NCBI GenBank assembly: GCA_963555995.3
Contig: OY821641.1
Coordinates: forward strand, 3,424,001-3,488,000
Direction of reading: 5' to 3'
From: Vicinamibacteria bacterium
GTDB lineage: Bacteria > Acidobacteriota > Vicinamibacteria > Marinacidobacterales > Marinacidobacteraceae
Length of the DNA stretch: 64,000 nt
Shown here: piece after piece, positions 33,494-47,044 of the stretch
How positions within the stretch are numbered: the first letter of the stretch is position 1
Layout: each line of letters opens with the position of its first letter
Notes under the pieces: model-generated
What the model was told of the DNA's origin: nothing
Seen by the model: only the letters and a program-made list of their open reading frames with translations
The model's database searches: none
Program-made: the position numbers and the translations under genes

Positions 33494-33973
33494 CTACGGA
33501 TCGTCGCCGTCGGACGCCAGGTGGGCGATCAGATAGCCGAGCGCGACAACTTCGAGCCCGATTCCGGCTCCCATCATCCACTTCGTGGGTGTGTCGAACC
33601 CCTTGCGCTCGCCATCCGGCGTGTAGCACTTGTTGTAGGCAGCAAGCGTGACCCCATCGACGGTCTCCCCCGGCGAAACGGGCGCTGCATTCCGGCAGGG
33701 AATCCAGCGCCACAACGCGGCTCCCACAAACGCCATCACCCCGCTGAGTCCATAGGCGATGGCGCTGCGCTTCTTGTCGCCCGGCCGGATCCGGCCGGTG
33801 GTGATCGTCGAGGTGTTCTGGGCGCGATAGACGCCGCTCGCCGCGGCGATCTCGGCAGCTTCGAGAAGCGAGGGCGGTGTCGCGCTTCGGGCCCCGGCCA
33901 CCGGGAGCGTTCCCGCGTAGAGGGGTGTCGTTACGAGCCCGCAAGCGACTGCGATGGCGATGACTCTCTTCAT
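33494..33973 (-). CDS. Hypothetical exported/membrane protein (paralog A)
   Basis: MKRVIAIAVACGL signal; two hydrophobic segments around a Cys..Cys loop; paralog of the adjacent gene. Confidence 0.75.
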   Translation of the reverse strand: MKRVIAIAVACGLVTTPLYAGTLPVAGARSATPPSLLEAAEIAAASGVYRAQNTSTITTGRIRPGDKKRSAIAYGLSGVMAFVGAALWRWIPCRNAAPVSPGETVDGVTLAAYNKCYTPDGERKGFDTPTKWMMGAGIGLEVVALGYLIAHLASDGDDP

Positions 33974-33981
33974 TGGAGCGA

Positions 33982-34458
33982 TCACGGGGACGCGGACTGC
34001 GCGTCGTCCTGCTGGCCGTCTTCGCGGAGATGGCGCACCAGGTAGAAGAGAGACACGAATTCGAGGCCGATGCCGGCGCCGAACAGGGCCTTGGTGGGAG
34101 TGCTCCAACCCTTTCGCGAACCGTCCTCTTCGTAGCACTCGGCCTGCGTCTTGAGTCCTTCGCCGAAGTGCCGCGCGTCACCTCCATCGCGGCAGGTCAG
34201 GTTGCGCCAGAGCGCCGCGCCCGTGAAAGCCAGCAAGCCGCTCAGAGCGAAGGCTATGGCGCTGCGCTTGTTGTCGTCCTCCCGGATCCGCCCGGTGGCG
34301 ATTCCGGCGGTGTTCTGGGCGCGATAGGCGCCGCTCGCGGCCGCAATCTCAGCCGCCTCCAGGAGGGAGGCGGACGCGGGCCGAGCCGCGGCCGCGTTCG
34401 CGTACAGCGGCATCAGCACCAAGCCGTACGCGGTCAGAAGGGCGATGAATCGCTTCAT
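33982..34458 (-). CDS. Hypothetical exported/membrane protein (paralog B)
   Basis: Shares SLLEAAEIAAASGxYRAQNT, KRSAIA, GAALWR, CY..DGxRKG..TPTK, GAGIGLE with paralog A. Confidence 0.8.
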   Translation of the reverse strand: MKRFIALLTAYGLVLMPLYANAAAARPASASLLEAAEIAAASGAYRAQNTAGIATGRIREDDNKRSAIAFALSGLLAFTGAALWRNLTCRDGGDARHFGEGLKTQAECYEEDGSRKGWSTPTKALFGAGIGLEFVSLFYLVRHLREDGQQDDAQSASP

Positions 34459-34493
34459 GTCGAAACTCCCGGTTTGGGCGCGAAGATGGGGCG

Positions 34494-35003
34494 TCAGTTC
34501 CGGATGCGGACGATCACGTTGCCCGCGATCACGGTCTCGCCGCTGCGCTGGAGCCGGAGCCAGACGCGGTAGGTGCCCGGCAGCGAGAAGCGGTGGCTGC
34601 CGAAGAAGAAGGTCTCGATTTCGGAGCCCTCTTCGTAGGGGTCGCAGTCCGGCTCGTACACGGATTCCGTGTCGTCGTCCCAGTCCCAGACCTCTTCGAG
34701 GCAGTAGTAGTCCTCGAGGTTCTCCGCGGTGTCCAGATCCTCGAGGCGGGCGCTGACCTCGACATCGAGGGACGGCCGGCGCATCTCGCCCGGCATGCGG
34801 GGGCGGAGAAACAACTGCCGGGGCGCCCGCAGCGTCAGCTTCGGCTCCGCCGCCGCCTCTTCGGAGGCGTCGCCGACCGCTGGCGCCGCTTCCACCTCGG
34901 CGCCCCGGGCTCCGCCGCCGGCAAGCGTGGCGGGCAACAACACGCCGGCAAGGAACCCGGCGAGCGCGACCGGAAGTCCGCGCGAAGCCCGAATGCGCAT
35001 CAA
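34494..35003 (-). CDS. Hypothetical secreted protein (beta-rich, Cys pair)
   Basis: Signal peptide, YYCLEEVWDWDD..DCDPY, HRFSLPGTYRVWL (PKD-like strand pattern). Confidence 0.65.
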   Translation of the reverse strand: MMRIRASRGLPVALAGFLAGVLLPATLAGGGARGAEVEAAPAVGDASEEAAAEPKLTLRAPRQLFLRPRMPGEMRRPSLDVEVSARLEDLDTAENLEDYYCLEEVWDWDDDTESVYEPDCDPYEEGSEIETFFFGSHRFSLPGTYRVWLRLQRSGETVIAGNVIVRIRN

Positions 35004-35012
35004 CGGCGCATT

Positions 35013-35444
35013 CTAAGACTTGCCAGCGGTGTCCGCCTCTGCCTCCGCCGCCCGGAGCCGCGCCTCGGCGCGCGCCACCGCCTGCTGCGCCTGCTCGACG
35101 TCGTAGGCGGCGCCGAACTCCTCGAGCCGGGCCTTCGCCCGGTTCAGCGCGCTCTCGGCCCGTTCCAGGTCAATGTCCTGCGGACGTTCCGCGGTTTCGG
35201 CGAGCACCGTCACGGTGTCGTCCAGGACTTCGAGGAACCCCCAGTGCACGGCGAGGAAGTGCTCCTCTTCGCCCTGGCGGTACTGAAGCTGGCCGCTGCG
35301 GATCTGGTAGAGGAGTGGGGCGTGCCCCGGCAGGATGCCCACGTAGCCGAAGACCGCCGGGGCCTCCACGTAGTCCACGTCGTCGCGGAACACCACCCCG
35401 CCGGGGGTGATGACCTCGAGGCGCAGGCGCGAAGGCGTGCTCAT
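35013..35444 (-). CDS. atpC: ATP synthase F1 epsilon
   Basis: LEVITP, GILPGHAP, GFLEV..VTVLA. Confidence 0.96.
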   Translation of the reverse strand: MSTPSRLRLEVITPGGVVFRDDVDYVEAPAVFGYVGILPGHAPLLYQIRSGQLQYRQGEEEHFLAVHWGFLEVLDDTVTVLAETAERPQDIDLERAESALNRAKARLEEFGAAYDVEQAQQAVARAEARLRAAEAEADTAGKS

Positions 35445-35459
35445 GGTCCGCCGGACCCG

Positions 35460-39372
<3,913 letters not shown>

Positions 39373-39415
39373 GGGTCTTCCTGTAAAGTGTTGATTCCGG
39401 GCGGTTTATATAGAA

Positions 39416-39961
39416 TCAGGCTCCGTATTTCTCCTCGAACCGGGCGAGCTGGCGGCTGACGCTGGCGTCGTAGATGCGGTTCCCGACGCGGATGACGAAC
39501 CCGCCGAGCAGCTCCGGATCCTCGCGGAAGTGCAGCCGGGGAGTTCCCGAAAAGGCGGATGCCAGCGCCGTCCGGAGGCTGGCCCGGTCGCGGTCGTCCA
39601 GGGGGCGCGCTGACACCACGTCCGCTTCGACGATCCCCCGATGCTCGTCCAGCGCCGCCCGAAACGCCACCGCGGTCTCCGCCAGGTGGGCGGATCGCTC
39701 CCGGGCCACCATGACCGCGACGAACCTGCCCAGAGCGGAGTCCGGCAGGATGCGGTCGGCGACGGCCTTCGCCAACGCCGCGCGCCGCTGCCGCGCGATC
39801 GCCGGGGAGGTCAGCGTCTTCGAGAGTTCCGGGGAGCGTTCAAGCAACGCCGCAAACTCCTCGAGACCTCCCGCGAGCAGCTCCAGATGCTCCTCGCCGC
39901 CGGTCTCGACCACCGTGTCCAGCAGGACGCGCGCGTAGTGGCGGGCCACGTCGCTGGACAT
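39416..39961 (-). CDS. atpH: ATP synthase F1 delta
   Basis: VARHYARVL, DPELLGGFVIRVGNRIYDASV. Confidence 0.95.
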   Translation of the reverse strand: MSSDVARHYARVLLDTVVETGGEEHLELLAGGLEEFAALLERSPELSKTLTSPAIARQRRAALAKAVADRILPDSALGRFVAVMVARERSAHLAETAVAFRAALDEHRGIVEADVVSARPLDDRDRASLRTALASAFSGTPRLHFREDPELLGGFVIRVGNRIYDASVSRQLARFEEKYGA

Positions 39962-39979
39962 TGCCGGTGCGCCTCCCGA

Positions 39980-40537
39980 TCAGTCGCGGCGAATCGCCGT
40001 CATCCCGGCGTTGATCAGGCGCCGATGGTCTTCCTCGGACATGGCGCCGCGGAGCCGCGTCCGCGCGACCTCCACGGCCGCCCGCGCCGCTCCGGCGGCG
40101 AGGCGGCGCTCCGCCACCCGTACTTCCTGGTCCAGTTCGGCCTGGGCGGCGGCGCCGATCTTCCGGGCCTGTTCCTCGGCTGCCGTCACGATGCGCCGGC
40201 CCTCGGCGGTCGCGGCTTCGGTGATCCGCTGCCGGGCCGCTTCCACCTCGCTGTCCAGGGTGCGAAACCGTTCGGTCGCTCGCTCGGCGGCCCGGGCGGC
40301 CTCCTCGCGATCGGCCCGCGCGGCGGCGAGTTGCTCCCGGATCTGGAGCGCCCGCGCCTCAAGGTAGCTCGCGATCGGCTTGCGAAGAGCGAGGACCAGA
40401 ATCGTCGCGAGGATCGTGAAGTTGACGATCTTCGGGAGATTCGAAGCCCCCTCCTCGGCAGCGAACGCCGGTACCGCCGTGGCGGCGAGCATCGTGCCGG
40501 CGAAGACGGCGGCTCGGAGCGGCGGCCGTACCCGCAT
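39980..40537 (-). CDS. atpF: ATP synthase Fo subunit b
   Basis: KIVNFTIL TM followed by coiled coil; start refined to ATG 40537. Confidence 0.88.
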   Translation of the reverse strand: MRVRPPLRAAVFAGTMLAATAVPAFAAEEGASNLPKIVNFTILATILVLALRKPIASYLEARALQIREQLAAARADREEAARAAERATERFRTLDSEVEAARQRITEAATAEGRRIVTAAEEQARKIGAAAQAELDQEVRVAERRLAAGAARAAVEVARTRLRGAMSEEDHRRLINAGMTAIRRD

Positions 40538-40575
40538 GGCTCCTGCTCCCGGAAAGACGCGCAGTCGGAACCGCT

Positions 40576-41004
40576 TCATGAAGCGCGGCGCAGGACCCGG
40601 GCGGTCAAGTCGTTCGCCAGGCTCTCGGCGGCCGTTTCGAGTTCGGAGGCCGCCCGCGTGGTCGCTTCCCGGAGCGAATTCCGGCCCGCCCGGAGCGTCG
40701 CCTCCGCCGCTTCGCGCGCCGCCAGCAACGTGGCGTCGGCGCGCTCGCTGGCCTCGCGGCGAATCCGGTCCATCTCCCGGTAACCCTCCTCGCGCACGGC
40801 GGCTACCGCATCCGCGACCCGGGTCTCCGCGGCCAGGGCCTCGGCCTCCGCGTCTTCCCGCACCTGACGGGCGCCGCCGACCTGCGTCTCCCTGGCTTCC
40901 ATCGCGCGCGCCAGCGGTTCGAAGAACTGCCGCTTCAGGACGAGTGTCAGGCACACGACGATCACCGACACGATCAGGGCGGTCAGGTCAGGAATGATGG
41001 TCAC
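40576..41004 (-). CDS. ATP synthase Fo subunit b'
   Basis: IPDLT + TM + FFEPL + coiled coil; first gene of the atp operon. Confidence 0.88.
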   Translation of the reverse strand: MTIIPDLTALIVSVIVVCLTLVLKRQFFEPLARAMEARETQVGGARQVREDAEAEALAAETRVADAVAAVREEGYREMDRIRREASERADATLLAAREAAEATLRAGRNSLREATTRAASELETAAESLANDLTARVLRRAS

Positions 41005-41184
41005 GAAACCTATGGCCTATCGAGGGCAACGAGAGTCGGCGGCCCCACCAGAAAGCGGGAAGACACCAGTCGGGAAACCGAGGGCAGCCGGATGCGCGCG
41101 GTCAGCGAACTGACCCGCCACGGACGGCGGGAAGGCTATCACCCGACACCGGGGTTGCCAAGAAATCCGGCGCCCCGACAACCG

Positions 41185-41613
41185 TCAGGCGCTCGCGGTA
41201 TCGGGTTCGCCTGCTGGCGGCGCCGGAGCCGGGTTGGCCGCCGCCCGGGACGGCGAGCGCTGGTAATCGCGGTGGATCTGGAAGTGGGCGCCGTCGGCGT
41301 CGCTCGTGGCTTCCAGGGTCAGGTTGGCGGCCTGGACCGCCACACCCGCGATGGATCCTCCGGAGTGCACGATGACGTCCTGCGCCGCGATCTCGCCGCT
41401 CACCCGGCCTCCGCCTTCGACGACGACGCGCTGGGCGTAGATCCGGCCGTCGAAGTTCCCGGAGGTCCCCACCGAAACCTCGTCCTCGGAGTGGATTTCT
41501 CCAACGAACTCCCCGTTCACGTTGAACGGGCCCGGCGCGTTCAGTCGGCCCGACAGACGCGACCCGGATCCGACGTATCCGCTATGGGCGTCCCGCGATG
41601 GGTCTCGTGCCAT
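41185..41613 (-). CDS. Bactofilin (polymer-forming cytoskeletal protein)
   Basis: Beta-helix repeats GSRLSGRL, NGEFVGEI, GNFDGRI; downstream of parB. Confidence 0.8.
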   Translation of the reverse strand: MARDPSRDAHSGYVGSGSRLSGRLNAPGPFNVNGEFVGEIHSEDEVSVGTSGNFDGRIYAQRVVVEGGGRVSGEIAAQDVIVHSGGSIAGVAVQAANLTLEATSDADGAHFQIHRDYQRSPSRAAANPAPAPPAGEPDTASA

Positions 41614-41617
41614 CGTT

Positions 41618-42478
41618 CTATTCGCTCACTTCCCGTTCACTGGTCAACACGACGAAGATGCGGTGAAGGTCATCCTCGGAGAAAAATTGTATCTGGACGG
41701 CGCCACCCTTGCCACGCCGGCGGATCTGGACCGGGAACCCGACCGCCCGCCGCATCCGCTCCTGCGCGTCGCGGGTGTTCGGATCCAGGCCGGAGGGCCG
41801 GGACCGCTTCGGCTGACCGGGCCCGCCGCCCTCCCGGGCCTGCTTGACGCGGCGTTCGACCTCGCGAACCGAAAGATCGCCCCGGATGATTTCTTCGGCG
41901 AGTTGCGCCTGGGTCGCGGCGTCGAGGGGCACGAGCGCCCGGCCCGCCGCCGCGCGCAGCTTCCCCGTCTCCACCAGGCGCCTTACCTGGGGCGTCAACT
42001 CCAGGAGCCGCAGCGTGTTGGTTACCGCGGTGCGGCTTCGCCCGACCTCCGCGGCGATGGCGCCGTGGGTCATTCCTCCCGCATCGGCGAGCCGGCGAAA
42101 GGCGAGTGCCTCCTCGACCGGGTTGAGATCCTCCCGTTGCAGGTTCTCGATCAGCGCCAGCAGCCCGACATCCTCGTCGGAGGTCTCACGAACCACGACC
42201 GGAACGCGCTCGAGCCCCGCCAGGCGGGCGGCGCGCCAACGGCGCTCGCCGGCGATGATCTGGAATCTCCCGGCCTGCGGCCGGACCACGATCGGTTCGA
42301 TGACGCCGCGGGCGGCAATGGAGGCCGTGAGTCCCGCCAGGTCCTCCTCGGCGATCTGCGAGCGCGGCTGCGCGGGATTCGGCGCCAGCTTCCCGACCGG
42401 CACCGAACGGGGTCCGTCGGTCGGCGCCGCCGACGGAAGCAGGGCGTCGAGGCCGCGCCCCAGACCACGTCGCTTCAC
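41618..42478 (-). CDS. parB: Chromosome partitioning protein ParB
   Basis: GLGRGLDAL, AGERRWRAA, ENLQREDL. Confidence 0.97.
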   Translation of the reverse strand: MKRRGLGRGLDALLPSAAPTDGPRSVPVGKLAPNPAQPRSQIAEEDLAGLTASIAARGVIEPIVVRPQAGRFQIIAGERRWRAARLAGLERVPVVVRETSDEDVGLLALIENLQREDLNPVEEALAFRRLADAGGMTHGAIAAEVGRSRTAVTNTLRLLELTPQVRRLVETGKLRAAAGRALVPLDAATQAQLAEEIIRGDLSVREVERRVKQAREGGGPGQPKRSRPSGLDPNTRDAQERMRRAVGFPVQIRRRGKGGAVQIQFFSEDDLHRIFVVLTSEREVSE

Positions 42479-43251
42479 CGGGAAAGAACCTCCCGCGCCA
42501 GGTCCGCGTAGGCGACCGCCACCTTCGACCGCGGATCGTAGATCTGCAGCGGGACCCCGTAGGAGGGCGCCTCGGCGGCCCGGACCGATCGCGGAACGAT
42601 GGAGTCGAACACCCGGTCCCCCAGCTTGGCCTGCACCTCGGCGATCACGTCCCGCGCGAGGTTGGTGCGCCGGTCAACCATGGTGAACAGGACCCCGAGC
42701 AGATCGAGGCCCGGGTTCCAGGAGCGCCCGATTCGGGTGACGGTGTCGAGCAGCCGCGAAAGCCCCTGCATCGCGAAGAACTCGCATTGCATGGGAACCA
42801 GAACGGCGGTGGCGGCCACGAGTGCGTTGACGGTCAGCAGTCCGAGGGACGGAGGACAGTCCAACAGGACGAATTCGGCGTCCGGATCGTCCCGGGCGAA
42901 GTCCGCGAGACTTCCGCGGAGCCGGAGCGCCCGGCGCCGGGGGTCCGGATCGTCGGCCGCGATCTGCAGGTCGGCGGCTGCCAGCGACGGATCGGAAGGA
43001 CACGCGATCAGATTCGGAACGTCGGTGTCCACAACGGCCCGGCCGAGCGGTTCCCGGTCCACGAGCACGTCATAGGCGCTGTATCCGTCCTCGGCGATCT
43101 GGAGCCCGAGACTGGTGGTGAGGTTGCTCTGAGGATCCAGGTCCACGACCAGGCAGCGATGCCCGCCCATCGCGAGAGCCGCACCCAGGTTCACCGTGGT
43201 GGTGGTCTTGCCAACCCCCCCCTTCTGGTTGACGACCGCCAGAATCCTCAT
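42475..43251 (-). CDS. parA: Chromosome partitioning ATPase ParA/Soj
   Basis: NQKGGVGKTTT, DLDPQ, DCPPSLG, EAPSYG; start refined to ATG 43251. Confidence 0.96.
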   Translation of the reverse strand: MRILAVVNQKGGVGKTTTTVNLGAALAMGGHRCLVVDLDPQSNLTTSLGLQIAEDGYSAYDVLVDREPLGRAVVDTDVPNLIACPSDPSLAAADLQIAADDPDPRRRALRLRGSLADFARDDPDAEFVLLDCPPSLGLLTVNALVAATAVLVPMQCEFFAMQGLSRLLDTVTRIGRSWNPGLDLLGVLFTMVDRRTNLARDVIAEVQAKLGDRVFDSIVPRSVRAAEAPSYGVPLQIYDPRSKVAVAYADLAREVLSR

Positions 43252-43296
43252 CTGGAGAATCCCGAGACTACCACGGGGGTCCCGCTGGTTGCCGGG

Positions 43297-43312
43297 TGTT
43301 TCACGTGAAACA
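43297..43312. promoter_or_regulatory. parS: parS centromere site
   Basis: Perfect palindrome TGTTTCACGTGAAACA just upstream of parA; contains the rsmG stop codon. Confidence 0.95.
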
Positions 43313-43960
43313 ACGGGGCGTTCCTTGCGATGCCGTACGGGGCCGTCCGATCCAGACAATTCCCCGTTCCGCGGGGACGAACTCCTCTTCAAAGAGGCCG
43401 GTATCGAGCGCCGCGCGCTCCCGGGCGGGACGGGAGGTCGGCCAGATCACCGACGCCCCGGCGGACATTCCGGCCGCGAGCATGGTCCACTCGCCAGCCT
43501 GCAGCTTCACCGCACGCATGGTCACGGCCGCAACGCGCGCGAGCTCGGACGTTCCGGTTTCAGATCTCAAAAACTCCTTGAGTCTTTGCCTGACGACGCG
43601 AACGCGCGGGCTCAGACCGAGCCTGTCGGTGGCCATCTCCAGGAAGGCGGCGGAGACCTGCCGCGGCTCCAGCAGGATCCAGTCGCCGTCACAGGCGATC
43701 GCGAGCGGCAGCGCCGGGGTTCCGCCTCCGCTCCCGATATCGAGGAAAGGACCGCGTTCCGGCAGCAGGCGGCCGAGGAGCAGCGCCTCCCGAAAGTAGT
43801 GGCGCGCGAGGTCTTCCGGGGAGCGAAAACCCACGATGCCCGCTCCCTTCCAGGCGCGCAGCATCTGGAAGAGGCGCGCGAACTGCTCCCGCACCGCCGG
43901 AGGAACCGGCGGCAGGGCGCCGACCAGCGCGTCGTCCAACGGACCCGTGCCCTCGCTCAC
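43301..43960 (-). CDS. rsmG: 16S rRNA m7G527 methyltransferase RsmG (divergent)
   Basis: RHYFREAL, LDIGSGGGTPALPLAI, TMRAV; canonical position before parA; GTG 43960 overlaps the yidC stop. Confidence 0.82.
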   Translation of the reverse strand: MSEGTGPLDDALVGALPPVPPAVREQFARLFQMLRAWKGAGIVGFRSPEDLARHYFREALLLGRLLPERGPFLDIGSGGGTPALPLAIACDGDWILLEPRQVSAAFLEMATDRLGLSPRVRVVRQRLKEFLRSETGTSELARVAAVTMRAVKLQAGEWTMLAAGMSAGASVIWPTSRPARERAALDTGLFEEEFVPAERGIVWIGRPRTASQGTPRCFT

Positions 43961-45711
43961 CTCCCGGCCGTCAGTTTCCGCCTCGAGCCGCCCTTGTTCC
44001 GCTTGCCCTTGCCGGTTGTCTCCACGACGCTGGCGTCCGCCTCCCGGCGGTCCATGATGCGGCTGGTCACCGCCTGCTGTCCCATGGAAACCACGTTGTT
44101 CGCGAACCAGTAGAGCACCAGCCCGGACGGCGCCCACGCCATGATCAGGACGAAGATCAACGGCATGAACATCATGATCTTGGCCTGGATGCCCTCGGCC
44201 TGGGTCGCGGTCATCTTCTGCATGATGAACTGACTCGCGCCCATCAGCACCGGGAGGATGAAGTAAGGATCTTCCCGCGACAGGTCCTGAACCCAGAACA
44301 CGAACGGCGCGTGCCGCAGCTCGACGGAAACCACGAGCAGCCGGTAGAAGGCGAAGAAGAAGGGAATCATCAGCAGCATGGGCAGGCAGCCGCCGATGGG
44401 CGAGACGTTGTGCTCCCGATAGAGCGCCACCATCTCCTGGTTCATCTCGCCGCGTTTCGGATCCGTCGGTTTCATCCCCTTGTACTTGTCCTGGATCCGC
44501 TTCACCTGCGGACTGATCTTCTGCATCCGCCGGATGGAGACGTAGCTGTAGTGCTTGAGCGGCGCGAGCAGGAGGCTGATCAGGATGGTCACCAGCACGA
44601 TGGCCCATCCGTAGTTCCCCATCAGGTCGTAGGCCCAGAGCAGCCCCTGCCGAATCGGAACCACCAGGAACCGCAGCCAGGCGCCGAATTCCACGATGTC
44701 CACTCCCAGTTCGGTGAGCAGCTCCACCTGCTTCGGACCCGTGAACAGCGTGAATTCGCTGGTCCCGGCCGATCTCAGGTGTGCGACCAGGAGATTTCGG
44801 GAGCCGGTCGGGTCCGCCGGGGGGATTTCGAAGCTCTCCCACGGAATCGCCAGCGCCTCCAGCCGCGCCTCGTAGCGCTGCCCGGGGTCCGCCACCAGCA
44901 GGCCCGCGAAGTAGTGCGACGCCACGCCGACCGCCTGGGCCGAAAGGCTCGCCGCCTCCCCTCCGGCGGCCTCGCCGAAGGAGAAGAGCCGGCTCTCGCC
45001 CCCGGACTCGATGACGCCCTGCTCGGCGCCCTGGTATCTCCCGATGGAACTCTCGTTCTCGATCCCGGGGCCGAACAGGACCTCCTTCAACTGTTCCGCG
45101 CCGCCCCGGATCGCCGAGACCGACACCTCCATGCGGTAGTCGCCGCCCTCGACCCGCACGGTCTTCGAGACCTCCAGGCCGTCCGCGGACGCCCAGCGGA
45201 ACGCGATCTCGCGGGTTTCTCCGTCCCTCAACTCCAGCCGGACCGGGCCCGTACGGACCTGCCCGTCCACGGCGACCTCGTGCAGCGCGGTCGTGAGGCG
45301 GGCGGGGGCGGGGTCGCCGGGGAGCACCACGTCGAGCGGACGCACTGAATTGACCAGATCGTCGCCCTGTGGCAGCGCCTCGAGCGGAGCGCCCACGGAA
45401 TCCGTGTGTTCGAGCAGCCGCAGCCGCAGGAGCCGGCCTCCCCGGTTGGAGAACTCGGCCACGTAGCGGCTCGTCTCCACCGCGATCCGCTGTTCGCGCT
45501 CGGCCTCCCGTACCTCCGTGGTGGCCTCGGGAAGGGCGGCTTCGTCCGCCGGGACGGCAACGTCCAGGACCGGGGGTGACGTGGGGCTCGCGGCGACCGG
45601 CGTTTCCTCCGCCGGAGGCGCCGGCGGCGCGCTCTCGGGTCCGAAGAAGCGGACGAAGAGAAGAAAGACGAAGAACGACAGCAGGAACGCGAGAAGAACG
45701 CGCCGTTCCAT
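43957..45711 (-). CDS. yidC: Membrane protein insertase YidC
   Basis: MERRVLLAF, FSNRGG, NYGWAI, GCLPML, PSGLVLYW. Confidence 0.96.
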   Translation of the reverse strand: MERRVLLAFLLSFFVFLLFVRFFGPESAPPAPPAEETPVAASPTSPPVLDVAVPADEAALPEATTEVREAEREQRIAVETSRYVAEFSNRGGRLLRLRLLEHTDSVGAPLEALPQGDDLVNSVRPLDVVLPGDPAPARLTTALHEVAVDGQVRTGPVRLELRDGETREIAFRWASADGLEVSKTVRVEGGDYRMEVSVSAIRGGAEQLKEVLFGPGIENESSIGRYQGAEQGVIESGGESRLFSFGEAAGGEAASLSAQAVGVASHYFAGLLVADPGQRYEARLEALAIPWESFEIPPADPTGSRNLLVAHLRSAGTSEFTLFTGPKQVELLTELGVDIVEFGAWLRFLVVPIRQGLLWAYDLMGNYGWAIVLVTILISLLLAPLKHYSYVSIRRMQKISPQVKRIQDKYKGMKPTDPKRGEMNQEMVALYREHNVSPIGGCLPMLLMIPFFFAFYRLLVVSVELRHAPFVFWVQDLSREDPYFILPVLMGASQFIMQKMTATQAEGIQAKIMMFMPLIFVLIMAWAPSGLVLYWFANNVVSMGQQAVTSRIMDRREADASVVETTGKGKRNKGGSRRKLTAGR

Positions 45712-45719
45712 GACCTTGG

Positions 45720-46025
45720 CTATCCGATCCGTTCCGCGCGGCTGGCGGGAACGGCGTCGTACCCGGACCCGCCGAACGGATGACAGCGGAGCAGCCGGCG
45801 CGCGCTCAGCAGAACCCCGCGCCCGGGGCCATGAAGCCGGATGGCTTCCTCGGCGTAGTGCGAACACGACGGCTGAAACCGGCAAACCCCCGTAAAGAGC
45901 GGACTGAACGCCACCCGATACAGCCGGATGAGGTTCACGAAGAACCCGACGAGAGCACGCTTCACGAGGCCGGGCTCCCGATTCAAGGGGTCGAGAGCCG
46001 TAGTGCTACGGGAAACCGCCGCCAT
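45720..46025 (-). CDS. yidD: Membrane protein insertion efficiency factor YidD
   Basis: CRFQPSCSHY, RLLRCHPF..GYD. Confidence 0.93.
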   Translation of the reverse strand: MAAVSRSTTALDPLNREPGLVKRALVGFFVNLIRLYRVAFSPLFTGVCRFQPSCSHYAEEAIRLHGPGRGVLLSARRLLRCHPFGGSGYDAVPASRAERIG

Positions 46026-46026
46026 C

Positions 46027-46440
46027 TCAAGCCTGCCGCCGCCTACCGCCCGGGTCCGGTCGCCCGGTCCCCTGCTGCCGCCGTCCGCTTCCGCTCGCCC
46101 TCCTGGTCGCGGTCCGGTAGGCACGCTCCAGGTCCGGCCAGGAGGCCTTCTCGATTCCGCGGCGGGCGATCAGGACGAGATCTCCGGCAGGACGTTCCCC
46201 CCGCCGGTACACCTCGCGCAGCAGACGCTTGGCTCGGGACCTCTGGACGGCTCCTCCGACCTTCCGGCTCGCTACCACTCCGAGGCGCGGAGGCGCGCCG
46301 GCGGGAACTCCGGCCGCCCGGATGGCCACGAGGCAGGAAGAAACGCCGCGCGCTCCGGACGCCATCACCGTCCGGAACTCCGAGGACCGGACGATCCGCT
46401 GGTCCCGCGACAGAGACCCGTCCCGGCGGGCGTCCATCAT
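46027..46440 (-). CDS. rnpA: Ribonuclease P protein component
   Basis: RLGVVASRKVGGAVQRSRAKRLLRE. Confidence 0.93.
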   Translation of the reverse strand: MMDARRDGSLSRDQRIVRSSEFRTVMASGARGVSSCLVAIRAAGVPAGAPPRLGVVASRKVGGAVQRSRAKRLLREVYRRGERPAGDLVLIARRGIEKASWPDLERAYRTATRRASGSGRRQQGTGRPDPGGRRRQA

Positions 46441-46450
46441 CTACCGGCTG

Positions 46451-46585
46451 CTAAGCCGACAGCCTTCGGCGGCCCCGGCGACGCCGGCGCGCGATGACCG
46501 CGCGGCCGCCCGGAGTGCTCATCCGTGCCCGGAAACCGTGCTTCCGCTTCCTCCGCCGCCTATTGGGCTGAAACGTCCGTTTCAC
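46451..46585 (-). CDS. rpmH: 50S ribosomal protein L34
   Basis: Not in the ORF track; [44 protein letters not shown]. Confidence 0.97.
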   Translation of the reverse strand: MKRTFQPNRRRRKRKHGFRARMSTPGGRAVIARRRRRGRRRLSA

Positions 46586-47044
46586 GGGATTGTCCTCTCC
46601 AAGTCATTGAATCCAAAAGAAAAACCCGGTGGTCGAGGCCGCTGTCGCAGCGCCGCCCAACCGAGCCCGACAGTATACCGCCAACGCACGTTTCCCGTAA
46701 AGTCAGTTTCGGTTTCACCCTGTATGCGCGCGGGCCGTCCATGGCGCTGTAAGCGTTCCTCGGGCGATGTTCGCCCGTGGATTTGCCGCGCGTCCGAAAC
46801 CGCAGTACCGGATTCCCGGCGAGCCTAAACCGGCCGGGAGGAGCCTGCGCCGGTTCCCCGCATCTTGTTTTTTTCTCGGGGAATTCTGGGGGTTGTCAAG
46901 GTCGGGCGGCCCGGCCCCGAAAGGGCGTTGCTACATTCCGCGCGGTCGTTGAGAACCGCGCCGCCGCGAGCCGGGCGGGCGGTTCTTTCCCCTTTTTGGT
47001 CCCAGCTACTGCTGCGCCTTCCAGCCCCAATCTTCGATCTTTTC

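Noticed and set aside
41005-41184. Hairpin GGTCAG-TTCG-CTGACC in the atp leader as a possible riboswitch
   Set aside because: A single small stem with no recognisable RNA family; insufficient evidence.
43296-43799. ORF beginning MFHVKQ
   Set aside because: This is the translation of the parS palindrome; it lies antisense to rsmG.
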